Assembly: GCA_037442105.1 (NCBI GenBank)
Contig: JBBIQV010000033.1
Span: 1-35,691, forward strand
Direction: 5' to 3'
Length of the DNA stretch: 35,691 nt
Source of the DNA: Nitrospiraceae bacterium
Lineage (GTDB): Bacteria > Nitrospirota > Nitrospiria > Nitrospirales > Nitrospiraceae
Within the stretch, counting starts at the first letter, position 1, and the number at the start of each line of letters is the position of its first letter. Positions 1 to 9,752 of the stretch are shown here, one piece after another. The notes under the pieces were generated by a model, which saw nothing but the letters and a program-made list of their open reading frames with translations, was not told the origin of the DNA and did not search any database. The position numbers were made by a program, and so were the translations under genes.

Positions 1-245
1 TATGGCGAGAATGAATAATATCTGCGTGCTGCGACACACATAAGCCAGTCTAGGCTTGCCGTACAAGGCTACAAAAGGGTAGAGATGTAACCCCAAAGAG
101 GTATGGAAAAGGAGAAGAGGTAGTTCTGTCCGCGCAGCACGTTGGGCTAGATGAGCGGTGATTTGACAATCGAGGCAACGCCGATTAGCCTAGCCCGCAC
201 ATCGTGTGGTTGCTGTGAACTGACAGAGAGGAACTGGAGGCACCT

Positions 246-539
246 ATGTTCGTGTGGAGTAAGCGTCTCGTTACGGGGTTGCTCGCCGCCTTTGTCATTC
301 TCCTCGGAATCTTCTTGATCCATGGCTCGCCGGACAACGCGAGCGGCCTGAAGATTCATACAACACGGTGGATGGCGCTGAATTATGCGGGGCTGGTTTT
401 ATGGGTGTTCGTATGGATGATTGATCAGGCCCGTGTGCGAGGCAAGAGTGTCTGGATCTGGTTCATCCCTTTTTTCTTCGCCCCGCTCCCGACCCTTATG
501 CTGTACGTGTTGTTTCTCCAGCGAAAGCTTAAGGTGTGA
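246..539 (+). CDS. small integral membrane protein (about 3 TM segments), function unknown
   Basis: 97-aa hydrophobic ORF with GGAGG SD at 236-240. Confidence 0.75.
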   Translation: MFVWSKRLVTGLLAAFVILLGIFLIHGSPDNASGLKIHTTRWMALNYAGLVLWVFVWMIDQARVRGKSVWIWFIPFFFAPLPTLMLYVLFLQRKLKV

Positions 540-559
540 CCACCTCACGTCGACCAACA

Positions 560-1849
560 TTACGGGCTCACAGTTGCCGGATATACTCCCTCAGGCCCTT
601 GAGCTGACAGGGAGGGACGCATCATCCAAAGTAACCATAATCCAGGCAACGCCGCAACGAACGTCATCAAGAAGAACTGCCCCCAACCGAGAACTTCTAC
701 CAACTCTGCGGCTGGACGTCCGAGGAAGACCCGTCCGAGAGCTTCCAGCGAGGAGAGCAGAGCAAATTGCGTTGCCGTAAACCGATGGTCGCACAAGGAC
801 ATGATCAAGGCGACAAAGGCTGACGTGCCCATCCCTCCCGACAGATTCTCAATGATTATGGTAGAAACCGCCGCTCCATAGCTTTTCCCCATCCACGCCA
901 AGGCCACAAAGGCAAGGTTCGACACGGCTTGTAACGCCCCGAAGGCGAGCAAAGATTGAAACAGCCCGAACCGGGCCATAGCGACACCACCGATCAACGC
1001 GCCTAACAAGGTTGCACCCAACCCTATCCCTCTCATCGCGCCAACGTCGCTTGGATTGAACTGCAGTTCCCTGATGAGAAATGCCGTGGTGAGCGTTCCG
1101 GCGAAGGCGTCTCCGGCTTTATACAGCACGATCAGCAGCAAGAATCTCAACGCATGGGAGCGGGAGAAATATTCTCGGAGCGGTCCCCACACCGCTTCTT
1201 CCCAATTTGCAGGCGGGATGCCAGGATCAGCCGGTTCGGGGCTGACGAAAACGGCGAGGATTCCTATCAACATTAGACCGGCTAACAACATGTAGGTGTT
1301 TCTCCACCCTATCTGGTCCGCCGCAATCAAGGCCAGAACCGTCGCGACGAGCAGCGCCATGCGATACCCGTTTACCCACAAGGCAGCTCCGAATCCTCGC
1401 TCGTGAGGTTGGAGCAAATCGGTCCGATACGCATCGAACACAATGTCCAACGATGCTGACAAGAAGGCTGCCAGCACCGCCATGATGCCTAATGGCCATG
1501 ACCCGTGGTCCGGTCCAGTCACCGCCATGCCCAAGAGGCTCAACGCGACACCACCCTGCGTCACGAGCATCCAGCCGCGCCGGCGACCGAGCCACGGAGG
1601 AACAAACCGGTCCATCACCGGTGCCCAGAGAAATTTAAGGGTGTAGGGAAGACCAGCGAGCGTGAACCATCCGATCGTTCGAATGTCGGTACCGGCCACG
1701 GACAACCAAGCTTGTAATGTTGTGCCGGACGTGAGCGCCAGAGGAAGGCCGGAGACAAACCCCAGGGGCAGCATGATCGCAATGCGGCGACCGGTCAGAA
1801 TATGCGCAAGTTGGTGAAACGGCACGATCGTAGAGCGACCCATGAACAT
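560..1849 (-). CDS. ampG: AmpG-family MFS muropeptide permease
   Basis: LGFVSGLPLAL, LKFLWAP..D, GRRRGW, DIVFDAYR and TATQFALLSS motifs; many TM helices. Confidence 0.92.
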   Translation of the reverse strand: MFMGRSTIVPFHQLAHILTGRRIAIMLPLGFVSGLPLALTSGTTLQAWLSVAGTDIRTIGWFTLAGLPYTLKFLWAPVMDRFVPPWLGRRRGWMLVTQGGVALSLLGMAVTGPDHGSWPLGIMAVLAAFLSASLDIVFDAYRTDLLQPHERGFGAALWVNGYRMALLVATVLALIAADQIGWRNTYMLLAGLMLIGILAVFVSPEPADPGIPPANWEEAVWGPLREYFSRSHALRFLLLIVLYKAGDAFAGTLTTAFLIRELQFNPSDVGAMRGIGLGATLLGALIGGVAMARFGLFQSLLAFGALQAVSNLAFVALAWMGKSYGAAVSTIIIENLSGGMGTSAFVALIMSLCDHRFTATQFALLSSLEALGRVFLGRPAAELVEVLGWGQFFLMTFVAALPGLWLLWMMRPSLSAQGPEGVYPATVSP

Positions 1850-1974
1850 GCGTCGCTAGAATACCACCATGGCCGAACGACCACGGATAAGATTCACGAA
1901 ACTTGACGGAAGTGAATGAAACCGTAGCGGTGACTCGGCGCTATCACTGAGAGAACCGGGCTGTAAGCTTTCAC

Positions 1975-2382
1975 TCAACAGGGCTGGCCGTTAAAGAGGC
2001 AGGGTTTATAGCGAGTAATGTCGAAATCCACGTTCTCCTGGTAGACCCGTTCATTGCCGTTCACGCCATCCTGCTCCGGGTCGTTCCACATGGTATGGTT
2101 CCACCAGTAGAATAAGGGGTATGGTTCCGTATAGTAGACGGGATTGCCGTAATTGCTACGCGCGTACTCCTGTACTAATCGCCCTGTGATGTAATCCACT
2201 TCGCCGTTTCCCCGGAGCGAAAAAAGCATCAGAAACAGGCGGGCTTCGTGGTCGTACAACTCGTCGAGGCGGGAATCCACGTCCGGCTCGATGGGGAGAG
2301 CGTCTTTGGTCGAGCCGGCGGGAGCAGCAAACAGAAGCAAGCCTGCTACGGCAAGAACCGTCGCGAGCGGCAACTTTTCCAT
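1975..2382 (-). CDS. secreted hypothetical protein
   Basis: start moved to ATG 2382 (GGGAG SD 8-9 nt upstream); signal-peptide-like N-terminus; DGVNGNE motif; C-terminal Cys pair. Confidence 0.75.
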   Translation of the reverse strand: MEKLPLATVLAVAGLLLFAAPAGSTKDALPIEPDVDSRLDELYDHEARLFLMLFSLRGNGEVDYITGRLVQEYARSNYGNPVYYTEPYPLFYWWNHTMWNDPEQDGVNGNERVYQENVDFDITRYKPCLFNGQPC

Positions 2383-2501
2383 GCAATCATACTCCCGTGC
2401 GACGAGTAGCGAGAAAGATGGCCGCATCGTAACATGAGGATCAGGACCATTCAACAATGGGCTACAGACACAACGAGCGTGCAGACCGGACCGTGCATGA
2501 C

Positions 2502-2530
2502 TTGCCCTCCCGTCCGTGGCCTTCTATAAT
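2502..2530 (+). promoter_or_regulatory. sigma70-type promoter of mtaB-miaB
   Basis: TTGCCC-N17-TATAAT; the -10 ends 7 nt before ATG 2538. Confidence 0.7.
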
Positions 2531-2537
2531 CCGCGCC

Positions 2538-3881
2538 ATGAATGCTGTACGACCCAGGGCCTCCTTCCATACTCTTGGATGCCGGCTCAATCAGGCCGAG
2601 ACAGGAATGCTTGCCGATCAATTGAGGAGGAAAGGCTATCAACTCGTCGACAGTGGCCAACCCACCGACCTGCTGGTCATCAATACCTGTTCAGTGACCG
2701 AGCAGGCTGAGAAGGAGTGCCGTGCAATCGTTCGTAAGACTTTGCAGCATTCGCCCAATGCTTTTGTGGCGGTCACAGGATGCTATGCGCAGACAGGCAT
2801 GCAGTCCTTGCAGCAAGTACCGGGCATCGATCTGATTGTCGGAACACAATACAAGATGGCCTTGCCGGAGCATCTGCCGGTCGGAACAGTGCTTCCCAAA
2901 GAATCTACTGCGCTGGTGCTCCACACGAAGCATATCGACCACGAGGAATTTACTCTTCCTGGAACAGGCGATTGCGATCTGACACGTGCGCCTCTGAAGA
3001 TTCAGGATGGCTGCAACTTCATGTGCAGCTTTTGCCTCATTCCTTTTGCCAGGGGGCGGGAACGCAGTCGGAATGTTGACGATGCCATACGGGAGGCGAT
3101 TGAGTTGGTGCAACGCGGCCACCGCGAAGTGGTTCTCACCGGCGTCAACATTGGTCGGCATAACAGCCGACACGGAGATCTTGTTGACCTGATCCAACGG
3201 TTGGAGCAGATCGACGGCCTCGATCGGATTCGGATTTCTTCCATCGAGCCTACGACCATCTCGGAGCGGTTGCTCGATCACATGGCATCTTCGTCGAAGC
3301 TCTGCCCCTTCCTTCATATTCCATTGCAGAGTGGGGACGACAAAATACTTCAAGCGATGAATCGCCAGTACATGGCCGCGGAGTACCGTGCTTTGATTGA
3401 AAAGGCCTCCAGTCGAATCCCCCACCTCGGCTTGGGGGCTGACGTGATGGTCGGATTCCCTGGGGAAGGGAGCAATGAATTTGACGCGACAGTGAGGCTC
3501 ATCGAGGAGTTGCCGTTCAGTTATCTGCACGTGTTCACATTCTCGAAGCGTCCAGGGACCGCTGCAGCGCGACTCCGGCAGGCCGTGCCTTCCTCCATCG
3601 TGAAGACCAGAGCCACGATCCTCGCCAAGCTGTCGCAGGCCAAGCGGCTTGCATTCTATCAGCGATACCTGGGCCGGCCTGTCCACGTGTTGTTCGAAAA
3701 GCCCGATCGCGCGGGATTTGCAACTGGGAGGACGGGCAATTTCATAAAGGTCGAAGTGCCGTCCTCAGAAGACTTATGGAATTCGTTCCGCGAGGTTATC
3801 ATCACCGGTGTAATGGATGGCCTGGCCATGGGGTACCTGGCTCCGTCTCCGACATCAGTACGGGAACGTGCGTTGGTATGA
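2538..3881 (+). CDS. mtaB: tRNA t6A37 methylthiotransferase MtaB
   Basis: TLGCRLNQAE, INTCSVT, KIQDGCNFMCSFC radical SAM motif, RIRISSIEP, HVFTFSKRPGT. Confidence 0.92.
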   Translation: MNAVRPRASFHTLGCRLNQAETGMLADQLRRKGYQLVDSGQPTDLLVINTCSVTEQAEKECRAIVRKTLQHSPNAFVAVTGCYAQTGMQSLQQVPGIDLIVGTQYKMALPEHLPVGTVLPKESTALVLHTKHIDHEEFTLPGTGDCDLTRAPLKIQDGCNFMCSFCLIPFARGRERSRNVDDAIREAIELVQRGHREVVLTGVNIGRHNSRHGDLVDLIQRLEQIDGLDRIRISSIEPTTISERLLDHMASSSKLCPFLHIPLQSGDDKILQAMNRQYMAAEYRALIEKASSRIPHLGLGADVMVGFPGEGSNEFDATVRLIEELPFSYLHVFTFSKRPGTAAARLRQAVPSSIVKTRATILAKLSQAKRLAFYQRYLGRPVHVLFEKPDRAGFATGRTGNFIKVEVPSSEDLWNSFREVIITGVMDGLAMGYLAPSPTSVRERALV

Positions 3882-5227
3882 AGACGATCCTGCGAGCCTA
3901 CCGAGTTCATATCGAGACGTTCGGCTGTCAGATGAATGAATACGACAGCGAACTTGTGCGGTCGTTGCTGCAAAATGATGGGTACACGCTCACGGATGAC
4001 AAGGAATTGGCTGATGTGGTGCTGATGAACACTTGCGCCATTCGCGAGAACGCCCACAACAGAGTCTATGGCCGCTTGGCAGAACTCAAATCCATCAAGA
4101 AGCAACGACCATTGGTGGTCGGCGTTCTCGGATGCATGGCGCAGAACCTGAAGAGGGAGCTTCTCGAGACTGAGCCGCTCGTCGACATCCTCGTCGGGCC
4201 TGATGGCTATCGTCGGTTACCGGAGATGATCGATCAAGCCTTAAAGACGCAGGGAGAAGGTCTTTACCGAAAGGACATGGCGGTAGATCTCTCGGAGTAT
4301 GAGACCTACAGCGATATCCTGCCGGACCGCACCGAAGGGGTAAATGCCTGGATTGCGATCATGCGGGGCTGCGATAATTTCTGCACCTTCTGCGTGGTGC
4401 CTTATACAAGGGGGCGCGAGCGGTCACGTAACCCTGAAGGCATTGTGAGGGAAGCCGAAGCAGCCATCGCAAGAGGATTCAAGCAGGTCACCCTCTTAGG
4501 GCAGAACGTGAATTCTTATCGGTCCGAAGGATGGGACTTTGCGCGACTCATCACAGCAGTTGCCGATCTGCCCGGCATCGAGCGCGTGCGTTTTACGTCT
4601 CCCCATCCGAAAGATTTCCCTCCGGCCTTGCTGGATGCCGTAGCGAACCATCCGAAGATATGTAAACATATTCATCTTCCGGTTCAGTCCGGCAGCGATC
4701 GGATTCTGGATCTCATGGGGCGTACCTATACACGCGGCGAGTACCTCCGGTTGGTTGAACAGATTCAGGCTCACTCGAACAGCATTGCTCTCACGACCGA
4801 TGTCATCTGTGGATTTTGCACGGAGACGGAGCAAGACTTCCTTGATACCTACCGGGCATTCGAACAGGTTGGGTTCGATGCGGCATACATTTTCAAGTAT
4901 TCAGAACGGAAGAACACGATCGCTGCAAGAAAATATCCGGACGATGTTCCTGATCATGTGAAGTCCGACCGTGTAGCACAACTGGTGAGTCTTCAGAAAG
5001 AGATCGCTCTTGCCAAGAACCGGCGGCTGATCGGCCAATCGGTACGCATACTGGTCGAGGGAGACGCGAAACGATCCGCTAGGCAGTGGATGGGCCGGAC
5101 CGACACAAACCTCACGACCGTCTGGGATAAAAACGGGGATATGCTCAGACCGGGCCAGCTTGTAGATATAACCATACACGACGTATCCGCCACGACTCTT
5201 TTCGGCCATCCCTCCTCCACCCTCTGA
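3878..5227 (+). CDS. miaB: tRNA i6A37 methylthiotransferase MiaB
   Basis: ETFGCQMNEYDSE, NTCAIRE, GCDNFCTFCVVP, LLGQNVNSY, RFTSPHP, C-terminal TRAM; ATGA overlap with the mtaB stop. Confidence 0.95.
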   Translation: MKTILRAYRVHIETFGCQMNEYDSELVRSLLQNDGYTLTDDKELADVVLMNTCAIRENAHNRVYGRLAELKSIKKQRPLVVGVLGCMAQNLKRELLETEPLVDILVGPDGYRRLPEMIDQALKTQGEGLYRKDMAVDLSEYETYSDILPDRTEGVNAWIAIMRGCDNFCTFCVVPYTRGRERSRNPEGIVREAEAAIARGFKQVTLLGQNVNSYRSEGWDFARLITAVADLPGIERVRFTSPHPKDFPPALLDAVANHPKICKHIHLPVQSGSDRILDLMGRTYTRGEYLRLVEQIQAHSNSIALTTDVICGFCTETEQDFLDTYRAFEQVGFDAAYIFKYSERKNTIAARKYPDDVPDHVKSDRVAQLVSLQKEIALAKNRRLIGQSVRILVEGDAKRSARQWMGRTDTNLTTVWDKNGDMLRPGQLVDITIHDVSATTLFGHPSSTL

Positions 5228-5470
5228 GTCGGCAAGCGGCTCCTTCGGCGCAACAATAGGTTAACCAGCACCCACGACCAGGACGAGAACGACAAAGTTG
5301 CACGCACTCTGTCCAATCTGCACTCATTCTCCTACAGGTGCCCTCTGATCTTATCCGCTGCACTCCTCTAGTCCGATTAGCAGGCATCACCCCTGTTTGG
5401 TCACTCTCCTTATCCAGATGTTCCGGCTATGAATCGCCGCCGAGAAAGTCTCGTCCGATTAATTCTTACT

Positions 5471-5483
5471 TATCAATGAGTTG
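5471..5483 (+). promoter_or_regulatory. IHF-binding consensus site
   Basis: TATCAATGAGTTG matches WATCAANNNNTTR in AT-rich context, about 115 bp upstream of a sigma54 motif. Confidence 0.55.
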
Positions 5484-5596
5484 CGAGCTATGTACTCATC
5501 TAGAGTCAGCTCATGTTCTGGGCAGGGTCATAGGAACAGCAACTTCCCATTCAAAGGATTAGAACCCAAACCATTTCAGATAGATGAGTCTGGTTG

Positions 5597-5612
5597 GGGC
5601 ACAGACCTTGCT
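5597..5612 (+). promoter_or_regulatory. sigma54 (-24/-12) promoter
   Basis: GGGCACAGACCTTGCT = GGCAC-N5-TTGCT with GG-N10-GC spacing. Confidence 0.7.
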
Positions 5613-5726
5613 TGATAATTTTCAAGCGAAGCAGGGATAGAAAAACCCAACAGAGAGAGAACGGAATCCCCAAAGAAAATGAAACACCCTGACCTGAAGA
5701 CCGAGTTTGAACAAGGGGAGCAAGGT

Positions 5727-5810
5727 ATGAGCCTCGAAACGATTATCTCTGTCGGTGTCTTTGGGTGGTTGGCGATCGGCATGGTACTGATGGGGCTGGG
5801 AATCTGGTAA
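5727..5810 (+). CDS. 27-aa single-TM small protein (MSLETIISVGVFGWLAIGMVLMGLGIW)
   Basis: GGGGAG SD 6 nt upstream of ATG; uninterrupted hydrophobic helix; below the ORF-track length cutoff. Confidence 0.55.
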   Translation: MSLETIISVGVFGWLAIGMVLMGLGIW

Positions 5811-5898
5811 TTGTGGCCTCGCCGACGAGCTTCCTCCTGGTACGCACTTCGCGCACAGGTCTTCTTTTCAAAATACAAGAACAAGAAGGGGAATAGCC

Positions 5899-6912
5899 AT
5901 GCAGGTTGAACGAATTGTCTCTCGCACATCCGTTCTGATAGCCAGAACCCTGCTATGCGCGGCTCCTTTCTGTGCCTCTACGGTTGGCTGTTCTTTCCTG
6001 AGTTCCGTCACCACCCTTCATCAAAGTGCAAGAGGCAGCGTTGTCTTGGAAGAAGTGTCAGACTGGTCATTTGAAGCGTCTCATCCAACGATGATCGACA
6101 CCACCACGATAGCAAAGGCCCTTCGTGGTACGCAGCGCGACGACACCCAGGCGGTGTCTCCCGAAATGTCCGTTGGTGGCGGCAAGCCGATGAGAGTATT
6201 CAGCGATGAGGACGTCGAATTCCTTGCTCCCCTGCTAGCCCAAGCATTGTCTCGTGCGAAACCCGAACAAATCGTTGGTTTCCGTCTGTCTTCATCGGCA
6301 GGGTCAGGCTCTGAACCCACCACGGGCACCCTTTACATCCAACAAGCTTCCCTTTATCTCACTCTGACGCAATACCCGGGCAAACCGACCACAAGCGGAA
6401 CCTCATGGTTCGGCCGCCAAGCCGGCGACGGCAAGTCCGCAAAGATGGTCAGTTTCACTCCCACAGCCGCTGGCCGTGTCGAACAGGCTTCGACGGCCGC
6501 TTCACAGGGGAAGGCCAATGCCAGTACGATCGTCATCGACTACCATGCGCTGGCAAAGACCGGCAGCGATATTCCCATATCCGCGAAGGCAATGGCTTCC
6601 CGGCCCAGCCCGGCTCCTGCTGCAATTCCTGTCAGCATGTCGGAGCACCCCACGGAGTCCACAGTGTCCTCGCAGGACCAGGATCCACGGGATGCTGAGT
6701 TCCTGAACCAGAAGCTCGAAGAACTCCGCCAGGCAAAGGACACCATCAGTAAGAAGGACACGGAGCTCAGTATCCTGCGCAAGGAAAGTGAACAGATGAA
6801 GCGTGAACTTCGGCAAAGCGCCGCGGAGATCAAGGAACTGAAGAGCAAAAAGGTGTCAACGAAGGCCACGCAGAAACCCAAAACAGGAACAGCTCAAATT
6901 ACCCCTCGCTAA
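5899..6912 (+). CDS. putative lipoprotein with C-terminal coiled coil
   Basis: TVGC lipobox-like motif; Pro/Ser/Ala-rich linker; charged heptad C-terminus; AAGGGGA SD. Confidence 0.8.
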   Translation: MQVERIVSRTSVLIARTLLCAAPFCASTVGCSFLSSVTTLHQSARGSVVLEEVSDWSFEASHPTMIDTTTIAKALRGTQRDDTQAVSPEMSVGGGKPMRVFSDEDVEFLAPLLAQALSRAKPEQIVGFRLSSSAGSGSEPTTGTLYIQQASLYLTLTQYPGKPTTSGTSWFGRQAGDGKSAKMVSFTPTAAGRVEQASTAASQGKANASTIVIDYHALAKTGSDIPISAKAMASRPSPAPAAIPVSMSEHPTESTVSSQDQDPRDAEFLNQKLEELRQAKDTISKKDTELSILRKESEQMKRELRQSAAEIKELKSKKVSTKATQKPKTGTAQITPR

Positions 6913-6931
6913 CGAGCGCCGGCCGAACCCA

Positions 6932-7642
6932 TCAGCTCACGTCGATCAGTTCGGGCTGGAGCAAGACCACTTCCCGGGACAAGGGTTGCCGAAAGTTCAT
7001 CCGGCAGTAGCAGGCGTAAGTTACATAGGTATCTTGGAGACAATAGGCCCCGATTTCACGCCCTTGTCCCTTCGCCCACATATCCGCCACCTGACTTCCA
7101 CTTCCTGATTTCGTCTCCACGTTCAGAGCCCTCGCCAGTACATCCAGCTTCACCCATCCACGCGAATCCCAGTTGCTCCACACCGCCATTGTGTCATACA
7201 CCGGGTCAGTCCGGAACTTGGCCAGATTGATCTCGACACTGGGTTTCACTTGCTGGATGATCGAGCGCTTCTTGATGAACGGAAGGTCAAAGCCCAGACC
7301 GTTGTGCGTAATGAACAGAGCGGGACGCGTCTCCGCCAACCGGGTCCAGAACTGCCGCAGGAGTTCTCGTTCATTCGCTCCATACCAGGCGATTGCCCCT
7401 CTGGGCTCAAGAGCGTCGGACAGTTCAATCAAGCCGATGCAAACGATCCGGCTGAAGGTGCCGTCGAAAGCCGATTTCTCATAAAGCTCGTCCTCGGTTC
7501 GCTTCCGATCTTGCGCCTCGGTTAAGGAAAACAGATCGTATCCACCCTCAGGCTCTGAGACCTCAGATGGGGCTACACCGACCAGCCGCGCCCATTCCTC
7601 GCGCGGGGCCTGCAGGGTTTCAATATCGAGAACAACCTTCAT
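6932..7642 (-). CDS. PolB-like 3'-5' exonuclease (DEDD, RNase H-like fold)
   Basis: ExoI DIET, ExoII HNGLGFDLPF, ExoIII YCLQD; ATGA overlap with mutT. Confidence 0.85.
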   Translation of the reverse strand: MKVVLDIETLQAPREEWARLVGVAPSEVSEPEGGYDLFSLTEAQDRKRTEDELYEKSAFDGTFSRIVCIGLIELSDALEPRGAIAWYGANERELLRQFWTRLAETRPALFITHNGLGFDLPFIKKRSIIQQVKPSVEINLAKFRTDPVYDTMAVWSNWDSRGWVKLDVLARALNVETKSGSGSQVADMWAKGQGREIGAYCLQDTYVTYACYCRMNFRQPLSREVVLLQPELIDVS

Positions 7643-8067
7643 GGTGTGAACCGCCCCTCACGTTGGAGCGCTTCGATAATCGGCTGGTCGGCCGGTGGAA
7701 AGGAATAGTGGTTGAGCTCCTCCGCAACGACCCATCGAACCTCCGCGCAATCGATCGGCTGAGCTGGCCCGCTCACGATTGAACAGCGAAAGAAATGCAG
7801 TTCCACGGTCTTCTCGGGATAGTCATGCCGGATCACATACCACTGGATCGGTGGAGAGATCGACACCGCGAGCTCCTCGCGCAGCTCTCGACGCAAGCAG
7901 TCTTCGAGCGACTCCCCCGGTTCCCGTTTCCCGCCGGGAAATTCCCAGAATCCTCCAAGATGGACCTCCGATTTCCGGCGAGCGATCAAGTAACGGCCGT
8001 TATCGCAAATCACCCCTGCCGCCACCTGGATCAGCCTGTCAGGATGAGAAAACCGTGTTTCCATCAT
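7639..8067 (-). CDS. mutT: 8-oxo-dGTP diphosphatase MutT (NUDIX)
   Basis: HLGGFWEFPGGK, Nudix box G-X5-E-X7-RE-X2-EE, FPPAD; start at ATGA overlap with the mutY stop. Confidence 0.85.
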   Translation of the reverse strand: MMETRFSHPDRLIQVAAGVICDNGRYLIARRKSEVHLGGFWEFPGGKREPGESLEDCLRRELREELAVSISPPIQWYVIRHDYPEKTVELHFFRCSIVSGPAQPIDCAEVRWVVAEELNHYSFPPADQPIIEALQREGRFTP

Positions 8068-8789
8068 GTTCGTTTGGGATCGAAGGGATAGGTCTTGCAG
8101 AGGTCCTTCATCGGGCACAGGAGACAGTAGGGATCACGGGCCGTACAGACCATCGCACCAAGATCCATAACGGCTTGATTGAAGTCATAGCCCTTCCCTC
8201 TTGGGATCAACGACTCTGAGAGCGTCCACAACATCGTTTTCCTGGATTTAGGATCGCCGACGCCGACGAAGACACGATGCAAGACGCGCATCACATTCGT
8301 GTCGAGGATCGGAGCATCTTCGTTAAAAGCAAAAGACCGAATCGCCCCCGCGGTATATCGACCGATCCCCTTGAACGACAGCAGCTCATCAGGGTCCTTC
8401 GGGAGGTTCCCGCCGTAGCGCGCCACCGTCTCACGGGCAATGCCGTGAAGCCGTTCCGGCCTGATGTTGTAGCCGAGCGGGTACCAGGTCTTCCGCACAT
8501 CCTCGACCGGCGCGTCAGCCAGATCCTCGAAGGTCGGATAGCGCGTCAGAAACTCATGGTACTTGGGAATCACGCGATCCACCTGCGTCTGTTGAAGCAT
8601 CACTTCAGACACAAGGATATGGTATGGATCCGACGTCTTCCGCCACGGAAGATCGCGACCATGCTCCTTGTACCACTTGAGTAAACGCTGCTGAAACCGA
8701 CGTTTCACGAGCGAATCAGGAACGGGAGAGATTTCGGACTTCTTCTTGCCGCGACGAGACGCTGTTCGAGGCCGAGAGCGGGTTGCCAT
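8064..8789 (-). CDS. mutY: A/G-specific adenine glycosylase, short form (HhH-GPD plus 4Fe-4S loop)
   Basis: RDLPWR, SEVMLQQT, GIGRYTA, LDTNVMRV, CX6CX2CX5C. Confidence 0.85.
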   Translation of the reverse strand: MATRSRPRTASRRGKKKSEISPVPDSLVKRRFQQRLLKWYKEHGRDLPWRKTSDPYHILVSEVMLQQTQVDRVIPKYHEFLTRYPTFEDLADAPVEDVRKTWYPLGYNIRPERLHGIARETVARYGGNLPKDPDELLSFKGIGRYTAGAIRSFAFNEDAPILDTNVMRVLHRVFVGVGDPKSRKTMLWTLSESLIPRGKGYDFNQAVMDLGAMVCTARDPYCLLCPMKDLCKTYPFDPKRT

Positions 8790-8812
8790 ACGACGTCACT
8801 TCGTGTAGCGGC

Positions 8813-8841
8813 ATTCTAGAAGTCCCTCTACCGAAAATCAA
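8813..8841 (-). promoter_or_regulatory. sigma70-type promoter of the mutY operon
   Basis: minus strand TTGATT-N17-TAGAAT, 23 nt upstream of ATG. Confidence 0.55.
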
Positions 8842-9061
8842 ACACCGCGGAGGGTGTAGTTAAGTGGCTTGCCTCAAACCCTGAAATAGTGGAGAATGGC
8901 CGCGTGCTTTCACCATCTCCCTAGACATTCTTCGGCTCAGCGTAACATAGTGCGTATAACCCGCGAGGACATTTGGGACAGCATCACCGCACAGTCGGAA
9001 AGTCTTCCTATCACCGACTTTCTTCGTCGTAATCGCAGCCACTCAAAAGAAAGGATCATCC

Positions 9062-9736
9062 ATGCGACTCCTAGCATTCTGGGTCTCTTCCTTGCTTTGC
9101 ATCGCAGTCTCAACCGCATCAGCCGCCGCACCGGAACCAACCAATGACGAGCAGAAAACCCTCTACGCCCTTGGAGTGGCCATGAGTCAATCCCTCGGAA
9201 CCTTTACACTCAGCGAGTCCGAGCTTGAGTTCGTGAAGGCCGGCCTCACGGACGGCGTTCTGAAACGGCCGCACAAGGTAGAACTCCAGGCGTTCGGACC
9301 GAAGATTCAGCAGTTGCAGCAGGCAAGAGCCATGGCAGTGGCGGAAACCGAGAAGAAGGCCGGGGCCGCCTTCCTTGCCAAGGCCTCGGCAGAAGCAGGA
9401 GCGAAGAAAACCGAGTCCGGCGCAATCATCATGACGCTGAAGGAAGGGAAAGGCGCGACACCGAAGGCCACGGATACAGTCAAGGTCCACTACCATGGCA
9501 CGCTTATCGATGGCACGGTGTTCGATAGCTCAGTCAAACGAGGAGAGCCGGCGACATTCGGGTTGAGCCAAGTCATCAAGTGTTGGACCGAGGGTGTGCA
9601 ACACATCAAGGTCGGTGGCAAAAGCCGCCTGGTCTGCCCTTCAAATCTCGCCTATGGCGACCGGGGATCACCGCCGGTGATCAAGCCGGGCGCGACGCTG
9701 ATCTTCGAGGTCGAGTTGCTCGAAATCGCCAAATAG
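9062..9736 (+). CDS. FKBP-type peptidyl-prolyl isomerase (FkpA/Mip-like)
   Basis: signal peptide, YALG N-domain, [28 protein letters not shown]. Confidence 0.93.
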   Translation: MRLLAFWVSSLLCIAVSTASAAAPEPTNDEQKTLYALGVAMSQSLGTFTLSESELEFVKAGLTDGVLKRPHKVELQAFGPKIQQLQQARAMAVAETEKKAGAAFLAKASAEAGAKKTESGAIIMTLKEGKGATPKATDTVKVHYHGTLIDGTVFDSSVKRGEPATFGLSQVIKCWTEGVQHIKVGGKSRLVCPSNLAYGDRGSPPVIKPGATLIFEVELLEIAK

Positions 9737-9752
9737 GATAGGCCGAGAGGCA

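Noticed and set aside
2691..3686. 331-aa antisense ORF (similar cases at 12944-13804 and 21514-22401)
   Set aside because: Shadows of mtaB, the SDR gene and lon; no independent evidence.
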